Source of the DNA: Octopus bimaculoides
Lineage: Eukaryota
Reading direction: 5' to 3'
Length of the DNA: 64,000 nucleotides
NCBI RefSeq assembly: GCF_001194135.2
Contig: NC_068982.1
Location: 49,041,037-49,105,036, forward strand
Every line of letters begins with the position of its first letter. The stretch's first letter is position 1. Shown here in pieces: positions 1 to 13,383 of the stretch. The notes below the pieces were generated by a model. The model did not search any database. It was not told the DNA's origin and worked only from the letters and a program-made list of their open reading frames with translations. The position numbers were made by a program, and so were the translations under genes.

Positions 1-132
1 GAAAATTGGTTATTTTCCCTAAAACTATATATTTTTATATATACTTTATCTATAAGGCTCAATTTAATTTTAATTTTTTATAAATTGATTTTAATTGAGT
101 TTTTTACCTGTAATTTTGGATTTTGTCCCTAA

Positions 133-199
<67 letters not shown>

Positions 200-204
<5 letters not shown>

Positions 205-367
205 AAGATATCATTTTATTATAGCCACACAGGGCTAAATACAGAAAATGGACAAAATACAATGTAGAGCTTTTCTTGGGGGTGGAAAGGGGGGATAATT
301 TCGATCAAAAGGGATCGAGAAAAAAGAAAAGCAATCAATAGGGATCGTGTATCACAGTAATGTTCTC

Positions 368-370
<3 letters not shown>
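200..370 (-). mobile_element. Probable LINE 3' UTR fragment ending in a (TC)n run
   Basis: Non-microsatellite block with a duplicated gatccc motif, ending TTTGTCC..TTTAGCCCTGTGTGGCTATAATAAAAT; this end resembles the tail of the SINE at 43744-43973. Confidence 0.35.
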
Positions 371-402
<32 letters not shown>

Positions 403-1184
403 TGATGGGCTTCTTTCAGTTTTCATCTGCCACATCAACTCCCAAGGTCAGCTCTGGGCTATAGTAGAAGACACATTTCCAAGGTACCATGCTGTAGGAC
501 CTCTTATCACACAGCCACTTACGGCCATGTGATATGTACAATTGCTAGATAAGTCTATGTAAGTTGGAAGTTCGATTGTCACATGTGCCATGTATTCTCA
601 CAAACAACACATATACACTTTGTTATGCATACATTTTATACTTTATACATGTATACACTTTCTCATCTTAGAAAGATAATTTTGTTCATAGCTTGTTCAT
701 AGTTACTATATATATATATCTATATGCTGCCATTTCTTCACATAATGTTATCATATATAAAAAAAAAATCACATATAAAAACAATTCTTATTCTATCTGT
801 TATAGACAATGCATTAAACCCCCATTGATAATAAATTTTATGTTGTGAATTTTCAGACATTTTTGCCTTTAATCATACGTCTGTAAATACTGACTTTGCC
901 AAGTGGTTCTTCACTTCTTTATACCAGTAAACAATTTTAGCTGCTTAATGGTGCTGTTTTCTTTTGCTGTTCCTTTTCATTGAATGTGTTCTCTGTAGAT
1001 CCATTGTGACCATGATATTTCTTCATTCAGCATGATTTAATAATTCTGATACTCAAATTTCTTCTTTTCTTTTTTTTTTTTTCTTTTTTTTTGTCTTATC
1101 TCTTTTTACCATTCTCGTTCTTTAGTATTTAGAACACAAGTATTGTCAGATACCGGTAACATGACTTATAGTTGTAGAGCACTA

Positions 1185-3970
1185 TCTGTGTCTCCTGCAG
1201 AAATTCCTGTGCTACTGTCCATCATCCATCATTTTAATCATTTAGTCCTATTCTCTAGTTCATTCAAATTGACATCCATTTTTTGACAAATAAGAATGCT
1301 ACCCACAGTGCAATCTGGGATGGTTCACTTCCACAAGTCATCATTCAAGAACTTCAAGCTCTTACTGCAATGCCACAAGGCTCTGTGAATTATGACAACA
1401 TGGAACATGTAAAACCTTCACCAAGTTCTTATCTCAGAGGAAATGGGAGACAAAAAGTCACCCAACTGTTATGTTGAATGAAGTGTCTTCTTTGGTAACA
1501 GTTCTTTAGAGGAGAACATGCTTCAAATAGCTTTTTCTGAATATCTTCCTGTTCACACCAGATCTATATTTGCATCTAATAAGAATAGAAGCACTATTAT
1601 TGATCAACTGACAGAACTGGCTGAATTTAATGTGAAAGTGTCTTGTATCTTCCGTTGCAAATATTGGACCTGCAGCAGCTTCTTTTCATTCAGATATCTC
1701 CGCTCTTTATGCACAGGTCATACAACCATTACAGATACAAGTATTTACAGTGAAATTACAGAGAATAGACAAAGCTTGTTGAATGGCTACATCTTATAAC
1801 AGATCTAGAAATTCTTCAGGTGGACATTCTAACAGTTCTAGTGCGTCTCAGTCTGCCAGATAGAAATGTTAGTACTACTGCAGATTTGGCATGCATGCTT
1901 GTTGCTCAACCAATCCTTGCTCCTTTCAGTGAGGTTCCTTCTCTCAACCAGAGATTAATGGCAACCAAGATGCCTGATTTTGTTGTACAAGTTGCCTATT
2001 TTATGTCTGCAACAAATCAACAGATACACATTTCCTAGTTAATGCTGTTGTGATGCTATCGTTTACTTTATCTATTCTCTATTGTAATGGGGGACCAACA
2101 CAAGCCATTCTCCAAACTGCAAGTACATTACCTGTTGCCACATATTGATATGGTGAAAATTTTCTCGTGCATGTCTATAGAGCCACACAGCTAATGTAAA
2201 GGTGAATTCTTTTTTCTTTTTGTTTCTGAATTACCTGAACCCATAACATTTATAGGGATACCTATCTGTATCCCTATATGTTGCACCAAGTTTTCAGTCA
2301 CATTTTACCTCATTCCCCACTTCTAAATCCAGCAATTACTGAGCTTTTATTACCTTTGTCATGACTTGATTAATTACCTAATTACTGCATCACACCACCA
2401 TATTTCTGCACACTTTCAGAACATTTAATACTTCAAGTCAGCTAATTGATTGGAATTTTACTAATTCTAAGCTGAAAAGTTTTGGCAGAAAATATGCTTT
2501 ACTTTTGACCCATCCAAATCAAGAAAATATTTGGCAATTAATGTTTTCCTAGGTAAATACGTTTCTCCATAACCTTCACATAACCAAGTTCATTTGCAGA
2601 TGTGCACTAGCTGTACACATAAAGACCACTGATTATAAAATCCCAAGGAAAATACCTATTAGTGTAACCCTGCCTTGATGTGGATAATTTCCTTTGACCA
2701 AGTACTATCCTTAAATTGGGAATAGTAATGTACTTTCTTCTATTATTAATTTCTTATTGATTAGATTGAACCTTGATAAGGTAACAATTACATTATTTAT
2801 CATGTTCATGAAATATCTTGTAATAGTAGTTGTATGCTTTGTTATCTCTGACCGATAGGCTGTGCACCAGTAGACATTTCTACTGAGGCACATTACAGCC
2901 TCATAGTCCAACTAAAAAAAATGGATTTGTTTTCATATGAGAATTCAATAGAATTTTAGCCAATTTGCATTAATCATCATAATCATCATCATCATCATCG
3001 TTTAACGTCCGCTTTCCATGCTGGCATGGGTTGGACGATTTGACTGAGGACTGGTGAACCAGATGGCTACACCAGGCTCCAATCTGATTTGGCATTGTTT
3101 CTACAGCTGGATGCCCTTCCTAACGCCAACCACTCTGAGAGTGTAGTGGGTGCTTTTACGTGTCACCCGCACGAAGGCCAGTCAGGTGGTACTGGCAACG
3201 GCCACACTCAAAATGGTGTATTTTACGTGCCACCTACACAGGAGCCAGTCCAGCAACGATCTCAAGAAACAAATAAGTAAAAAAAAATCTACCTTAACAT
3301 CTGAAACACAATCATCAAGAAAGAATAAATGACCTTTTATGTCACATGGCCTGCAAACTTTTTTTTTAGTTTTTTAAACATAAGTTCAGAATCTACATTT
3401 GTTCCACTTTGTGTATTTATTTGCAAATCTTTCAATTTGTCACTTCTCAAATGATATTGCAGTGTACATAACAGATTTCTTGAAAAAATATGCTACTTTT
3501 TTTTAACGATAGGCTTTCTAACTCGATGCTAGAAATGTAAAAACCTTTTCAAACTCCACGTCTTCATTTTGTTTTTCCTTCTCTTTATGCATGCGTAGTC
3601 ACCAAATGCAAAGTATTTTCCAATCACTCAACCTAATTAAGTATTGCTTAATTATATTACTGAATTAATATATATTCTTGCAATCTCATGGCTTCCATAT
3701 TTTGGAATCATGTTAGAGAATGTCTAATTCCAAGATTAACCTCTTGGAATATTCCAACTTCTTTTCACTTCCAAAATTTACAATGTAATGGTAACTTCCT
3801 TATCATTATAAATCTCTTTTCTACTGGAAATCTGTCTGTTCATGAGCTCAGGTCTATATTGTTCACCTTCGTGCACTACAACAACAGTAAGTTTAAGAAC
3901 TTAAGAATATTGTCTGTTTGAACACATTGATCTCGAGATCTTCCAGCTAAATTGCCCACTTACGGATTTC
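1185..3970 (+). mobile_element. Highly decayed Gypsy/Ty3 LTR-retrotransposon internal region (gag, protease; possible RT and integrase remnants)
   Basis: Colinear motifs: gag-like SLPQVIIQELQAL (1283 ORF), LQIAFSEYLPVHTRSIFAS..IDQLTELAE (1518 ORF), FGMHACCSTNPCSF (1885-1926); protease LFYVCNKSTDTHFLVNAV (1996-2049; DTG degraded to NAV), LQTASTLPVATY*YGENFL, FVSELPEPI. Weaker integrase-like pieces lie at 3683-3965. An RTE-tail insertion interrupts it at ~2975-3265. No LTRs recognised. Confidence 0.6.
2975..3265 (-). mobile_element. RTE 3'-tail repeat (short retroposed copy); family also at ~8905-9030, 17385-17550, 34370-34800, 41380-41570, 41640-41800, 52450-52555, 58735-58865
   Basis: Recurrent block GGCGTTAGGAAGGGCATCCAGC...CCATGCCAGCATGGAAAGCGGACGTTAAACGATGATGAT with a (GAT)n tail; its 5' part GCACGTAAAA.CACCAT overlaps the 3' UTR of the RTE at 19161. 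Confidence 0.85.
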
Positions 3971-4855
3971 AGTCATCTATCTTCTTTTTGATCAAAAGTT
4001 TCCTGTTAGATCAGATCACTCCATTGCTACTCTTCATCTCTCTGCCTCACTCTGTCTTTGTCTTTCTCTCTCTCTCATTATATAACACTCTCTCTCTCTC
4101 TCCTTGATACACTCCAAGAACTCAGTTATTTAATTCTTTCAACTCTGGTAGATTTCTGTGAAAGCTAGGTATGGATAAATAATTCACAGAAGAGTTCAGG
4201 CTGAATATGAAGGCAATATAAGCAACATTATGATTGCCATGGACATCAGTTAGGAATATAGTTTAATGGTGGATTTGTACATTATCATTCTTTCTTGAAC
4301 CCATTTACCATTAATTCTTGAAATACATACTCTTACATTCAGGATTACTTGATCCTGGAATTTTTAAGTATTGATGAACTTCACTTCAAAGTGAGAAGTT
4401 TATCAAAATTACTTATGAACTGCCTCACCACCACCACCACCACCACCACCGTAAAAGACAAAAAATATGAGAAAAAGCAATGGAGCCAATATATGAAAGT
4501 GTAGTCTACAGTGAAAAATGTCCTGTAGCTAGGATATTAATGAGATTCAAGAAATATAAAGTGCTGTTATGTCTTTTGACAACAAAATTTATCTTCACGT
4601 CATGAGAAGAGATTTTATGAAATATATTTAAGTATGTTACTGAAAGAAAGGGGATGAGCATGAAAGATATGTGGCAATAGAAGAGACGTTGGGTATGCAA
4701 TGTCAGTTATGAGAAAGGGTCACAATTGAACTGAAAAAAAAAAGAGTTTTTGCAACAAGGTGTTGGTCATTTGGTTCAGATAGGTTGGATGCTTGTATGG
4801 ACCAGTAATGTATACGGATATCATTACTGTGGATGAAAGATATCATTTGGCTGTT

Positions 4856-5265
4856 ATCTTTTACTCATTTCAGTCCTTAGATTGCTGCCATGCTGGGGCA
4901 CCACCTTGAAAAAGTTTTAGCTGAACGAATTGACCCCATTACTTATTCATATTTTTTAAGCCTGGTACATATTCTATCGATCACTTTTGTCAAGCTGCTA
5001 AGTTACAGGGACGTAAATGCACCAACACCGGTTGTCAAGCAGTGGTGGGGGACAAACATTGACACAAAGACATACACACACCCACACACACATAAATATA
5101 TATATATGCAGCAGGTTTCTTTCAGTTTCCATCTACTAATCCACTCACAGCACTTTGGTCAGCCCGAAGTTATTGTAGAAGACACTTGCCAAAGGTGCCA
5201 TGCAATGGGACTGAACTTAGAACCATATGGTTGAGAAGCAAGCTCTTCTTACCACCAGCCATGCC
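4856..5265 (-). mobile_element. tRNA-derived SINE family A, full length
   Basis: Reverse-complement match to 11395-11799 over head, microsatellite and tail. Confidence 0.88.
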
Positions 5266-6744
5266 CAGAAAATATTTTGATAGCAAAGTGGATTGACCTG
5301 GAAGTAACCAAAAAAAGACCTGGAAAGAAGAAGTGTCCTCTAACAATCCAATACTGCCGGGTTTGGTTTAGTATAAAAACTTAACAAAATAACCACTTTG
5401 CAATCTGTAGTGGCTCAACCAGCCAGAAATAGCAACCCAACCTCTCTCAAACTTCACCTTATTATCATCAAAGTTAGAGGTGTATTTAAAAATTCGTTCT
5501 GTTATGAGAACAAGAGATTTTATGGAAGCGAGCAGGTTGATTATGTTGTCCCCAGTACTTGAATGGTACTTTATTTAAGTGACTCTAAAAGGATGAAAGG
5601 TAAAACTGACCTTGGCAGAATTTGAACTCAGAACCTAAAGAGTTGAAAGAAATGTTGCTTAGCATTTTGTCAGACATGGTAATATACTGCCTTAGGGGTA
5701 TATTTAATAATGTAGTCTTTGACACATAAACCTTGAGTGAAAGCAGGATGGCCATACTGGAATACTATCGATTATAGGTTTTCTAAATCAGGCCTGACTT
5801 GAGCTAAGCAACAACAACAGGGAATATCATAAATTGGAAACTCATCCAGCAAATGCCAGACTAAAAAAAATGATACTAATACTGATAATATTCCATCATA
5901 TCTAAAATATGAACCTGAGGGAGTAACAGGGTGAAATATATATTGAGAAATTAACTGAGAATTACTTTTGTTGCTTTTCTCAACAGGGTTTGTTTGAGAT
6001 TGACTCGTAATAGCATTTATATGTTTTGTGACAGTACTGTAGTCTCATGGGTGATCACTTCAACAAAAATGATATTCAACTTCCTGAGCGATATTAGGAG
6101 AGATAGCTAAGCTATTTGAAAGCATGACATGTGTTAGGTCAGGAAGATGATATTTTCATCTGACATTGCTATTTATCTCAGTTGCTGTCTCTTGATTCTT
6201 CTATTTCATATCTGTGATTTGTGTTTCTTTATTTGAGAAAATATTAAGAATGCAAATTAAAATCTTGAGAATAATTCTTTCATTGCAAGTTAAGGAAAAA
6301 AAAAAGCTAAGGGTAAAGTAATGATGTAAGAATTTAGGAAAATTAATCCATGCATATGATATGAGATATGATAGGGATTCATGAAGATGAGATATTGTGC
6401 AAACATATCTGATCCTGTTAGCATGTTCAAACTGATTTTAAATCATCGTAGGGATAAACATAAAGAATAGCTAAGAGAAAGGAAATGAAATAGGATGTGT
6501 ATTGTGTTTGTCAGGTGAGGAGTGTGATTACAATAAAAGATGGGCAATAGAATGGGAAAAGCATTTGGGATTGGAATGAAATGAGTTGCATAATTTGGTG
6601 TCTTGTGATGTTTAGAGATGATAGCTTGAATAACATTGACAATGGATATTGGCATGTAGTTGATGATGGATGGTAACTGGAATATTGGTAAGTCAATAAC
6701 ACTTATTATAAAGTAGTTAAAGGAAGTCGTATTTACACAAACAC

Positions 6745-7005
6745 ACATGCATACATACAAATACGTATATTCATATATGATTATACAAACACACACACTC
6801 ACACAGATATATATACATATATCTGTACACATGCATATATATATACATCTCTCTCTATATATATGTGTATTCATATATATATGTACATACATACATACAT
6901 ATGTATATGTATGTATATATGTAGGCGTGCATGCATGGATATATGTATACAAGTATGCATGGAAATTTATACAGGCATTCAAGCTGAAATATGTATAGCT
7001 GAACA

Positions 7006-7059
<54 letters not shown>

Positions 7060-7130
7060 CATGTATATATATATGTATATATATGTGTGTGTGTGTATGT
7101 GTGTATGTATAATTATATACACACATGTAT
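6745..7130. repeat. Compound (TA)n/(CA)n/(CATA)n microsatellite field; others at 140-200, 17244-17380, 47120-47230, 50815-51015, 56275-56600, 57900-58030
   Basis: Direct reading. Confidence 0.95.
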
Positions 7131-8039
7131 TATCAAGTATGCATGTGAAACTTGAATGTGAAAGCTTGTGTACATGTATACACTTCCATGTTTGTATGCG
7201 CACAAACTTTTTCACTGTTTAAAACCAAAAACAAAGAATAAATTTTTCCTCTTGAAAGTGATTGTTTCCTTATCTCTTGTATTTCTTGTTTTGAATTCGT
7301 TCTTTTTCTTTTACTATTTTCCTCTTCACCAATCATGCTATTAATCTAATGCTGCCTCCAGAATAAATTTTCCCTTAAAGAGACATTTTCATACTTTCTT
7401 TACTCGTTTCTATACTGTACTGCTGTAATATTCTCCATTGCTCTCTTTCAACACATATAAACTATTAACTCAATTTTTTTTTAAATAAAAAAAATCACTT
7501 TCTCATTCATTTGCAATTTTTCTATTATTCCTACATTGCCTTGTTATCTGTAACAATTTTCCATAACCTTATTTTCCAGTTTTAAATTACATTTGTATCT
7601 TTCAGCTAAGATTTTCATCATATAATTTTAGATTTAAAAAAGGGAAAAAAAAGATAGAAAAAATAATTTTGTAGAAAACATTTGTAACATTTTGACCTCA
7701 TCACCAAAACTCTTCTTTTGTGTCCCTTCAAAAAAAAAAAATGTATAGTTATCAGTTTATATAAATTATAAACCTGTCTTTCATTCTGTATATGATTAAA
7801 ATTCCCAAGGAAAGAAAATATTTCCAGCAAGAGTAAAGTTATTTGGTAGAATTATTAATTGAAAAACATATTCTGAAAACTGGGTTTCATGCCTTGATAT
7901 GTTCTAAACTTGTTCTCTAACATATCAAAAGAAATCTTTCAGTTTATAATTGACATATATTGCTGTGGAATTACTTATTAACAAACAGCAAAGGAAAAAG
8001 CACAAACCAAACTAAAAAAAAAATGAGTTAATTAAAGTC

Positions 8040-8460
8040 TAAAGAATTTGAAGTTTATGAAAACAGTGTTGTTGATATTTAGCTCTGGGTCATCTCTTAT
8101 TGAGCAGACATACGATCAAAACAGTGAGGCAAGGGCAGTGAAGCAAGCGCAATCTGCTAAGGATGACACTCTCATAGAGGGAAGCACTTTTGGGTCTATT
8201 GTATAAGTACATATAGGATTGGGGACCCTGAGGGGAGGAAACATGACTAACTCAAGGGCTATGCCAGGTGATACACACTTGAGCAACACCACTGAATTAG
8301 AGACATTCTAGCTATGACCATCCCAGCTTTTCTTCAAAGTACTGAAGATTGCATAATCCAATGTGTCCTTTTTTTGTTTATTTGTTAATGAAGATGGTGT
8401 GGTTTCTTTGTTTTTTCTAGCAGGTTATGTGACCACATAAAAGCTGCCCTCACTTAAAAT
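8040..8460 (-). mobile_element. Repeat family F (tail CTGGAATGCCTTTGATCATAGGTCTG...CTAAACAACAAC), here interrupted by a ~180-bp insert; other pieces at ~5380-5820, 37720-37830, 38375-38470, 41935-42130, 53800-53930
   Basis: Recurrent GGATGG.CAT.GCTGGAAT...GATCATAGGTCTG...GGCTAAACAACAAC and ATAATGTAGTC motifs in several orientations. Confidence 0.6.
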
Positions 8461-10256
8461 AGCACCGTCTGTAATGGCAGGGTAGGAGTAGGTCTAAATG
8501 GCAGAAACAGTTGAGGGATGGACAAAAGACTTTGTGGTGTTTAATTTCATCCCTTTAGGTTCCAAGTTCAAATATTATTCAGGCTTCATCATCCAGAAGC
8601 TCAATAAAATAGATTACTAATAATGAAAATATAATACTGAAATTGATATAATTGACTATGCCATCAGAGGTATTACCCCACAACCTAAATTCATTACCTA
8701 AATTCTATTTAATTTTTTTAAAAGCTTTATTATATCATAACTAATCTACATTTTTCAACCTGTTTATTCCTATTTATATCAATTATTATAAATTTATATA
8801 TTTTAATCTAGAGAATACATTAATTAAAAAAAATTTCCTTCCATGAATATTAAAAAATACTTTCTTTTTCCTATGGGAGAAAAACTAGGAATTAATTTTT
8901 ATATATAAGGTGGTTGGTGTCAAGAAGGGCATCCAGCCATAAAAACCATGCCAAAACAGACAGTGAAGCCTGGTGCAGTTTTCTGCCTTGCCAAAACATC
9001 CAATCCATGCCAACATGGAAAATAGATGTTACATCCAAAAATTTAGCTAAAATTAGATATAGGGATGTAAACATTGTCTTTAACCGTAATGTTTTTGTGA
9101 ACAGCTGTTGTATATAAACACCATGCCTTCAAACACAGTATCTTTATGGACAGAGGATGTGTCTTTGCCAATCAATCAGACATTCTTCAGTATGTGGTTT
9201 GTGATCTGTGAAGAGGCATCATTGTCCCAAATATGAAGAGCAGTACTTAAGAATTTTACAAGAGCTTTGCAGAGTTCTATCCTTTGATCAGGGCTAAAGT
9301 ATTTTATTCTTGCCTGAAGGAAAATGCTAGTCTTAGGAATGCAGTTTTAGCTATGGTGTCACCAGACAAAATCAGAAATATGTAAAACAAATTGTTTGTG
9401 GCATAGTTGATCAACTGCAATAATTAGAATTATTATATCAATACATAAGTATTAAATTAGCAGACTCTTTAGAATGTCAGACAAATTGCCTTGAGCTATT
9501 TCTTTCTTCTGTCTGTATTTTGAATTCAAATCCTGTAATGAACTTTGTGTTCCATCCTTCTGGGGTGGGGAAACTAAAAAGTACCAGTCAAGTGCTCCAA
9601 TACTTTTAAATGGCTAACTTTTACCTCCAAATTTTTGGCTTAGTGCTTATGTTAGAAACAATTAATACAACTTCAATACAAATCTTAATTGTTGGATAAA
9701 AATAGTCAATATTTTAGCCAAACAAAGTTGTGCAGCAAAAAGCAATTATTAATCCCTTATCAGAAAATAATTACCTCAATCAATATCTTCGTATCATCTC
9801 GCCTTGAATACTTTATTATATAAATTATAATTACAGTTTAACTGGATGGAGCTAAGAATTCTACAAGTGATATGATACAAAGACAACTTGATATTAAGAG
9901 CAATATATATAGTTTTGGAAGAGAGAAAGTTCAGTGCTATAAAGACAAAAGTTAGAATAATGTTATGCATCTTGAATGTTAGCTTTCATTTAAACAATTA
10001 ATAAATATTGGTTTCAAAGTTTGACACAAGGCCAGTGTTCAGCAGGTATTTATTTTATTGACTTTCAAAAGGATGAAAGGCAAGTTGATCCTAATAAGAC
10101 TGGCAGTTTGTTGATTTAAATAATTAATAAACATTAAAATCCAGGTTTAGCTACTCATTAGACTGGAACCTAGTATAGCTCTCTAGCTTACCTGCATCAG
10201 TCAAACTGTGTAACCCATGTCAGCATGGAAAATGGATGCTAAATGATGATGATGAC

Positions 10257-10292
<36 letters not shown>

Positions 10293-10959
10293 ATAATTTA
10301 CTGTTCTGTCATAGGTAGGATCAATAAAAAGAAGTACATATCAATATATATGTAGTCAGGGATGTGGGCCTATGCATAGATGATGTATGTACGCACATGT
10401 GGGTGTTCATCTTTGGAATTAATTTATTTAATTTACAACACTGGGAATTATATGAAATCCAGATATCTGTTAGCTGTTATCAACTCACTTGTATAACAGG
10501 AAATGAGATATGATCTATTCTTTCATGTACCATATACCATGTTCATTTACTGAAACATCCTTAATAGCTATTCTTATGGATTCTAAAGCGAGATTATGTC
10601 CATTCCTTACTTTTACTTCTGATCATTAAAAGGCTAAGACAACATTTAGCATATTAGATATCAAAACTTTAAATCACCCAGCTGCTGCTTTTTAATTTCA
10701 AGGTCTATAAGTGTTGTGTAACTTTAAATTCTATTGAGTTACCTAACATTTGGAAGCTAATTCACAACTCAATTGTTTCTTGCAAGAAGAATTCAATTAC
10801 CTTCATTGTCATAAATTCTTCATTCACATTCTTATAAATGTGTCTTCAGTTGTGCTGATCTAGCAGCTAGCATTTCCTTTTTATCCAACATATCCAATCA
10901 TCACAAATTAGTTGCCTCTTGTTCTGTTTGTTTACTTGATTGTTTTCTTTAGTGTTCAG

Positions 10960-11330
10960 TATCCAATATTTCAGAAGTTACTGTAACCAGAAACTCCAAG
11001 CATTGCATTAATAATTTCTTAGCAAATATGTATCAGTGAGAGAGAGAGAGAAAATTGTCAGAAGCTGCTAAGAAAGCAAGCCATTACATTTGGCTCAAGA
11101 GAGAGGAGGAGTGGTGCAGCAAGAAGGAGCATTGAAGATGATAGAAACATCTGGCCCAGAGTCATAACATCTGACTCAATAAAGCTTATGCTGTTGTGTC
11201 GGAATTTTGTTGCCTACATTTGCGGGTGACCCTGTGCAGCTCTGATGTTATGGCAGAAGTGTCCAAAACACCTATGGAGCAGCTTCCTTGCTTGGTAAGA
11301 CATTAATGCTTGCATTTGAAGAGTGAGCAC
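10960..11330 (+). mobile_element. Relic of a HERO-like (restriction-like-endonuclease) non-LTR retrotransposon 3' end
   Basis: 11055-11135 reads LSEAAKKASHYIWLKREEEW...*, resembling the HERO C-terminal motif LSEAAERAS.W.WL.R. The upstream EVGCRG-like segment is badly decayed. Confidence 0.55.
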
Positions 11331-11394
11331 AGCAGTACTGTCAGCATGCAAATGTTTTCCATAAATGTAAGAAATATACATACATATATAGACA

Positions 11395-11551
11395 CAGGCA
11401 TGGCTGTGTGGTAAGACACTTACTTCTCAACCATATGGTTCTGGGTTCAGTCTCATTTCATGACATCTTGGGCAAGTGTCTTCTACTATAGCTTTAGGCT
11501 GACCAAAGCTTTGTGAGTGGACTTCGCAAACGGAAACTGAAAGAAGCCCAT

Positions 11552-11586
<35 letters not shown>

Positions 11587-11799
11587 ATATGTGTTTATCC
11601 TCCCCATCACTGCTTGACAAGCGGTGTTAATGGGTTTACATCCTCATAACTTAGCAGTTTGGTAAAAGAAACTGATAGAATAAGTGCTAGGCTTAAAAAA
11701 TAAATCCTGAGCTCGATTTCTGCAATGCAACTAAAAACTCTTCAAGGTGGTACTCCAGTATGGCCACAGTCTAATGATTTAAACAAGTAAAAGAATAAA
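11395..11799 (+). mobile_element. tRNA-derived SINE family A, full length
   Basis: A-box-like TGGCTGTGTGGTAAG, B-box-like GGTTCAGTC, CORE-like CTTGGGCAAGTGTCTT, internal (TG)n, tail CAGTATGGCCACAGTCTAATGA..AAACAAGTAAAAGA. Confidence 0.9.
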
Positions 11800-11806
11800 C
11801 AGATAC

Positions 11807-11842
<36 letters not shown>

Positions 11843-12920
11843 ACACACACACACATGCACACACACACATACACACACACATGCACATTCTTCAACAAGA
11901 ATAGTATTGATAGTGTCTTCAGAGTTTTGGTCAGTGAAACCATCATTGGACTGCAACGTATTGAAGTTAATCTCGGCTTTATATAGTCTCTGTTAAGATC
12001 AAATTTTTCTGGGATTTGTGGTGTTCAGTTGAAAGATAATCTGGTTGTAGGGTAGCTTGTGATGGAGAGGTGTTGTGGAGAAATTTTCATTGATTATATC
12101 TGGGGTTATGATGATGATGATGATGATGATGACGACGACGACGATGACGATGATGATCATCATCATGGTGGTGGTGGTGATAAGAAGAAAGATAGAGAGA
12201 ATATGCTAATGGTGAGAGTGAATGGTAGCATTAATCTCTATTTGTTTAAACCCTTTGGATTATACTCTTCATAAATCTCCCTCAAACTTCCTGTTGTTCT
12301 ATGATCTAAAGCTATTTCTTTAGTTTAAAGAATTCATATTTAAATTAAAACTTTCCATAATTTCATAGTAGAATCTTTTGTGAAGTTATGTTTCAAACAC
12401 CTCTTTGATAACAAACAAAATTAGTGATTTTACTAAAATCTTCCAAGATCTTCATTATTTCAGAAATTAATTAAAAGTCTTTGGCTGTAAGTGTTTTTCA
12501 TTGGTGTTTTATTTTGTGCAACACATTTTGATTTTATTAAATACTGATTGATCCTGGGAATTACCAGAAAAGGCTGAGAGGAATAGTCTGGCATGGTTTC
12601 TTTGCTACTAGCAGTCTAAAAGTGTCACATCTAGTCTGTGCATCTTAATGTTATTGTTGAAAGAATGGAACAAAATCACCCAAATGAAAACCAAGGGTGA
12701 AATATTTTTTAATACATTGGAGTTATTCCTTTTGGGGTGGGGCAAAAAGTTCACGATGATATGGAGGATATTTTCTTGTAGAGTGGATTTGGGGCTGTGG
12801 GATGAGGTGGGCAGATATTCAGGGAATGGAGATAGAAAACTGTGGGAGATGATCAATTTGAAAATCCATGTGCGGTTGTGTACATATGCATATGCATGAA
12901 ATGTGTGCATGTGTATATAG

Positions 12921-13275
12921 ACACATGGCTCAGTGGTTAGAGCATCGGGCTCATAATCATAAGGTAGTGAGTTTGATTCCTGGTCTGGGCTGTGTGTTTT
13001 GCTCTTGAGCAAATCCTTTTATTGAGCAAGACACTTTATTTCATAATGCTCCAGTTAACTCAGCTGTAGAAATGAGTTGTGATGTCACTGGTGCTAAGCT
13101 GTATTGGTCTTCGTGTTTCCCTTGGATAACATCGGTTGTGTGGAGAGGGGAGGCTGGTATGCATGGGCAACTGGTCTTCCATAAACAACTTTTGATGGAT
13201 TTGTGCCTCAGAGGGTAACATGCAATCCCATGGTCATTCTTGACCAAAGATGGTCTTTATCTTTTTACCTTTTTA
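12921..13275 (+). mobile_element. tRNA-derived SINE family C; also ~36908-37125, 46160-46440, 63913-64000
   Basis: tRNA-like head TGGCTCAGTGGTTAGAGC...GAGTTTGATTCC, central TTGAGCAAGACACTTTATTTCA...CAGCTGTAGAAATGAGTTG, shared tail GGAGAGGGGAGGCTGGTATGCATGGG. Confidence 0.88.
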
Positions 13276-13383
13276 CCCACAGATTGTCTTTGATCAATAG
13301 TCTGCTTGGTCAGGGCTAGACAACAGCAAAAGCTTCCCTTTCACCTCTTCATGTCAATTCAATTGAGTCAACTTAGTGTTGTA

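Noticed and set aside
1283-2038. Protocadherin or other host-gene exons
   Set aside because: No DxNDN/PxF or DxD cadherin motifs in any frame; the pieces fit Gypsy gag-protease better.
6443-7336. 227-aa and overlapping YI/HT/CV-rich ORFs
   Set aside because: Dinucleotide microsatellite translations.
11395-11460. SINE heads as genuine tRNA genes (also 12921, 60880, 63913)
   Set aside because: A and B boxes are present but the cloverleaves are incomplete, and each continues into a SINE body.
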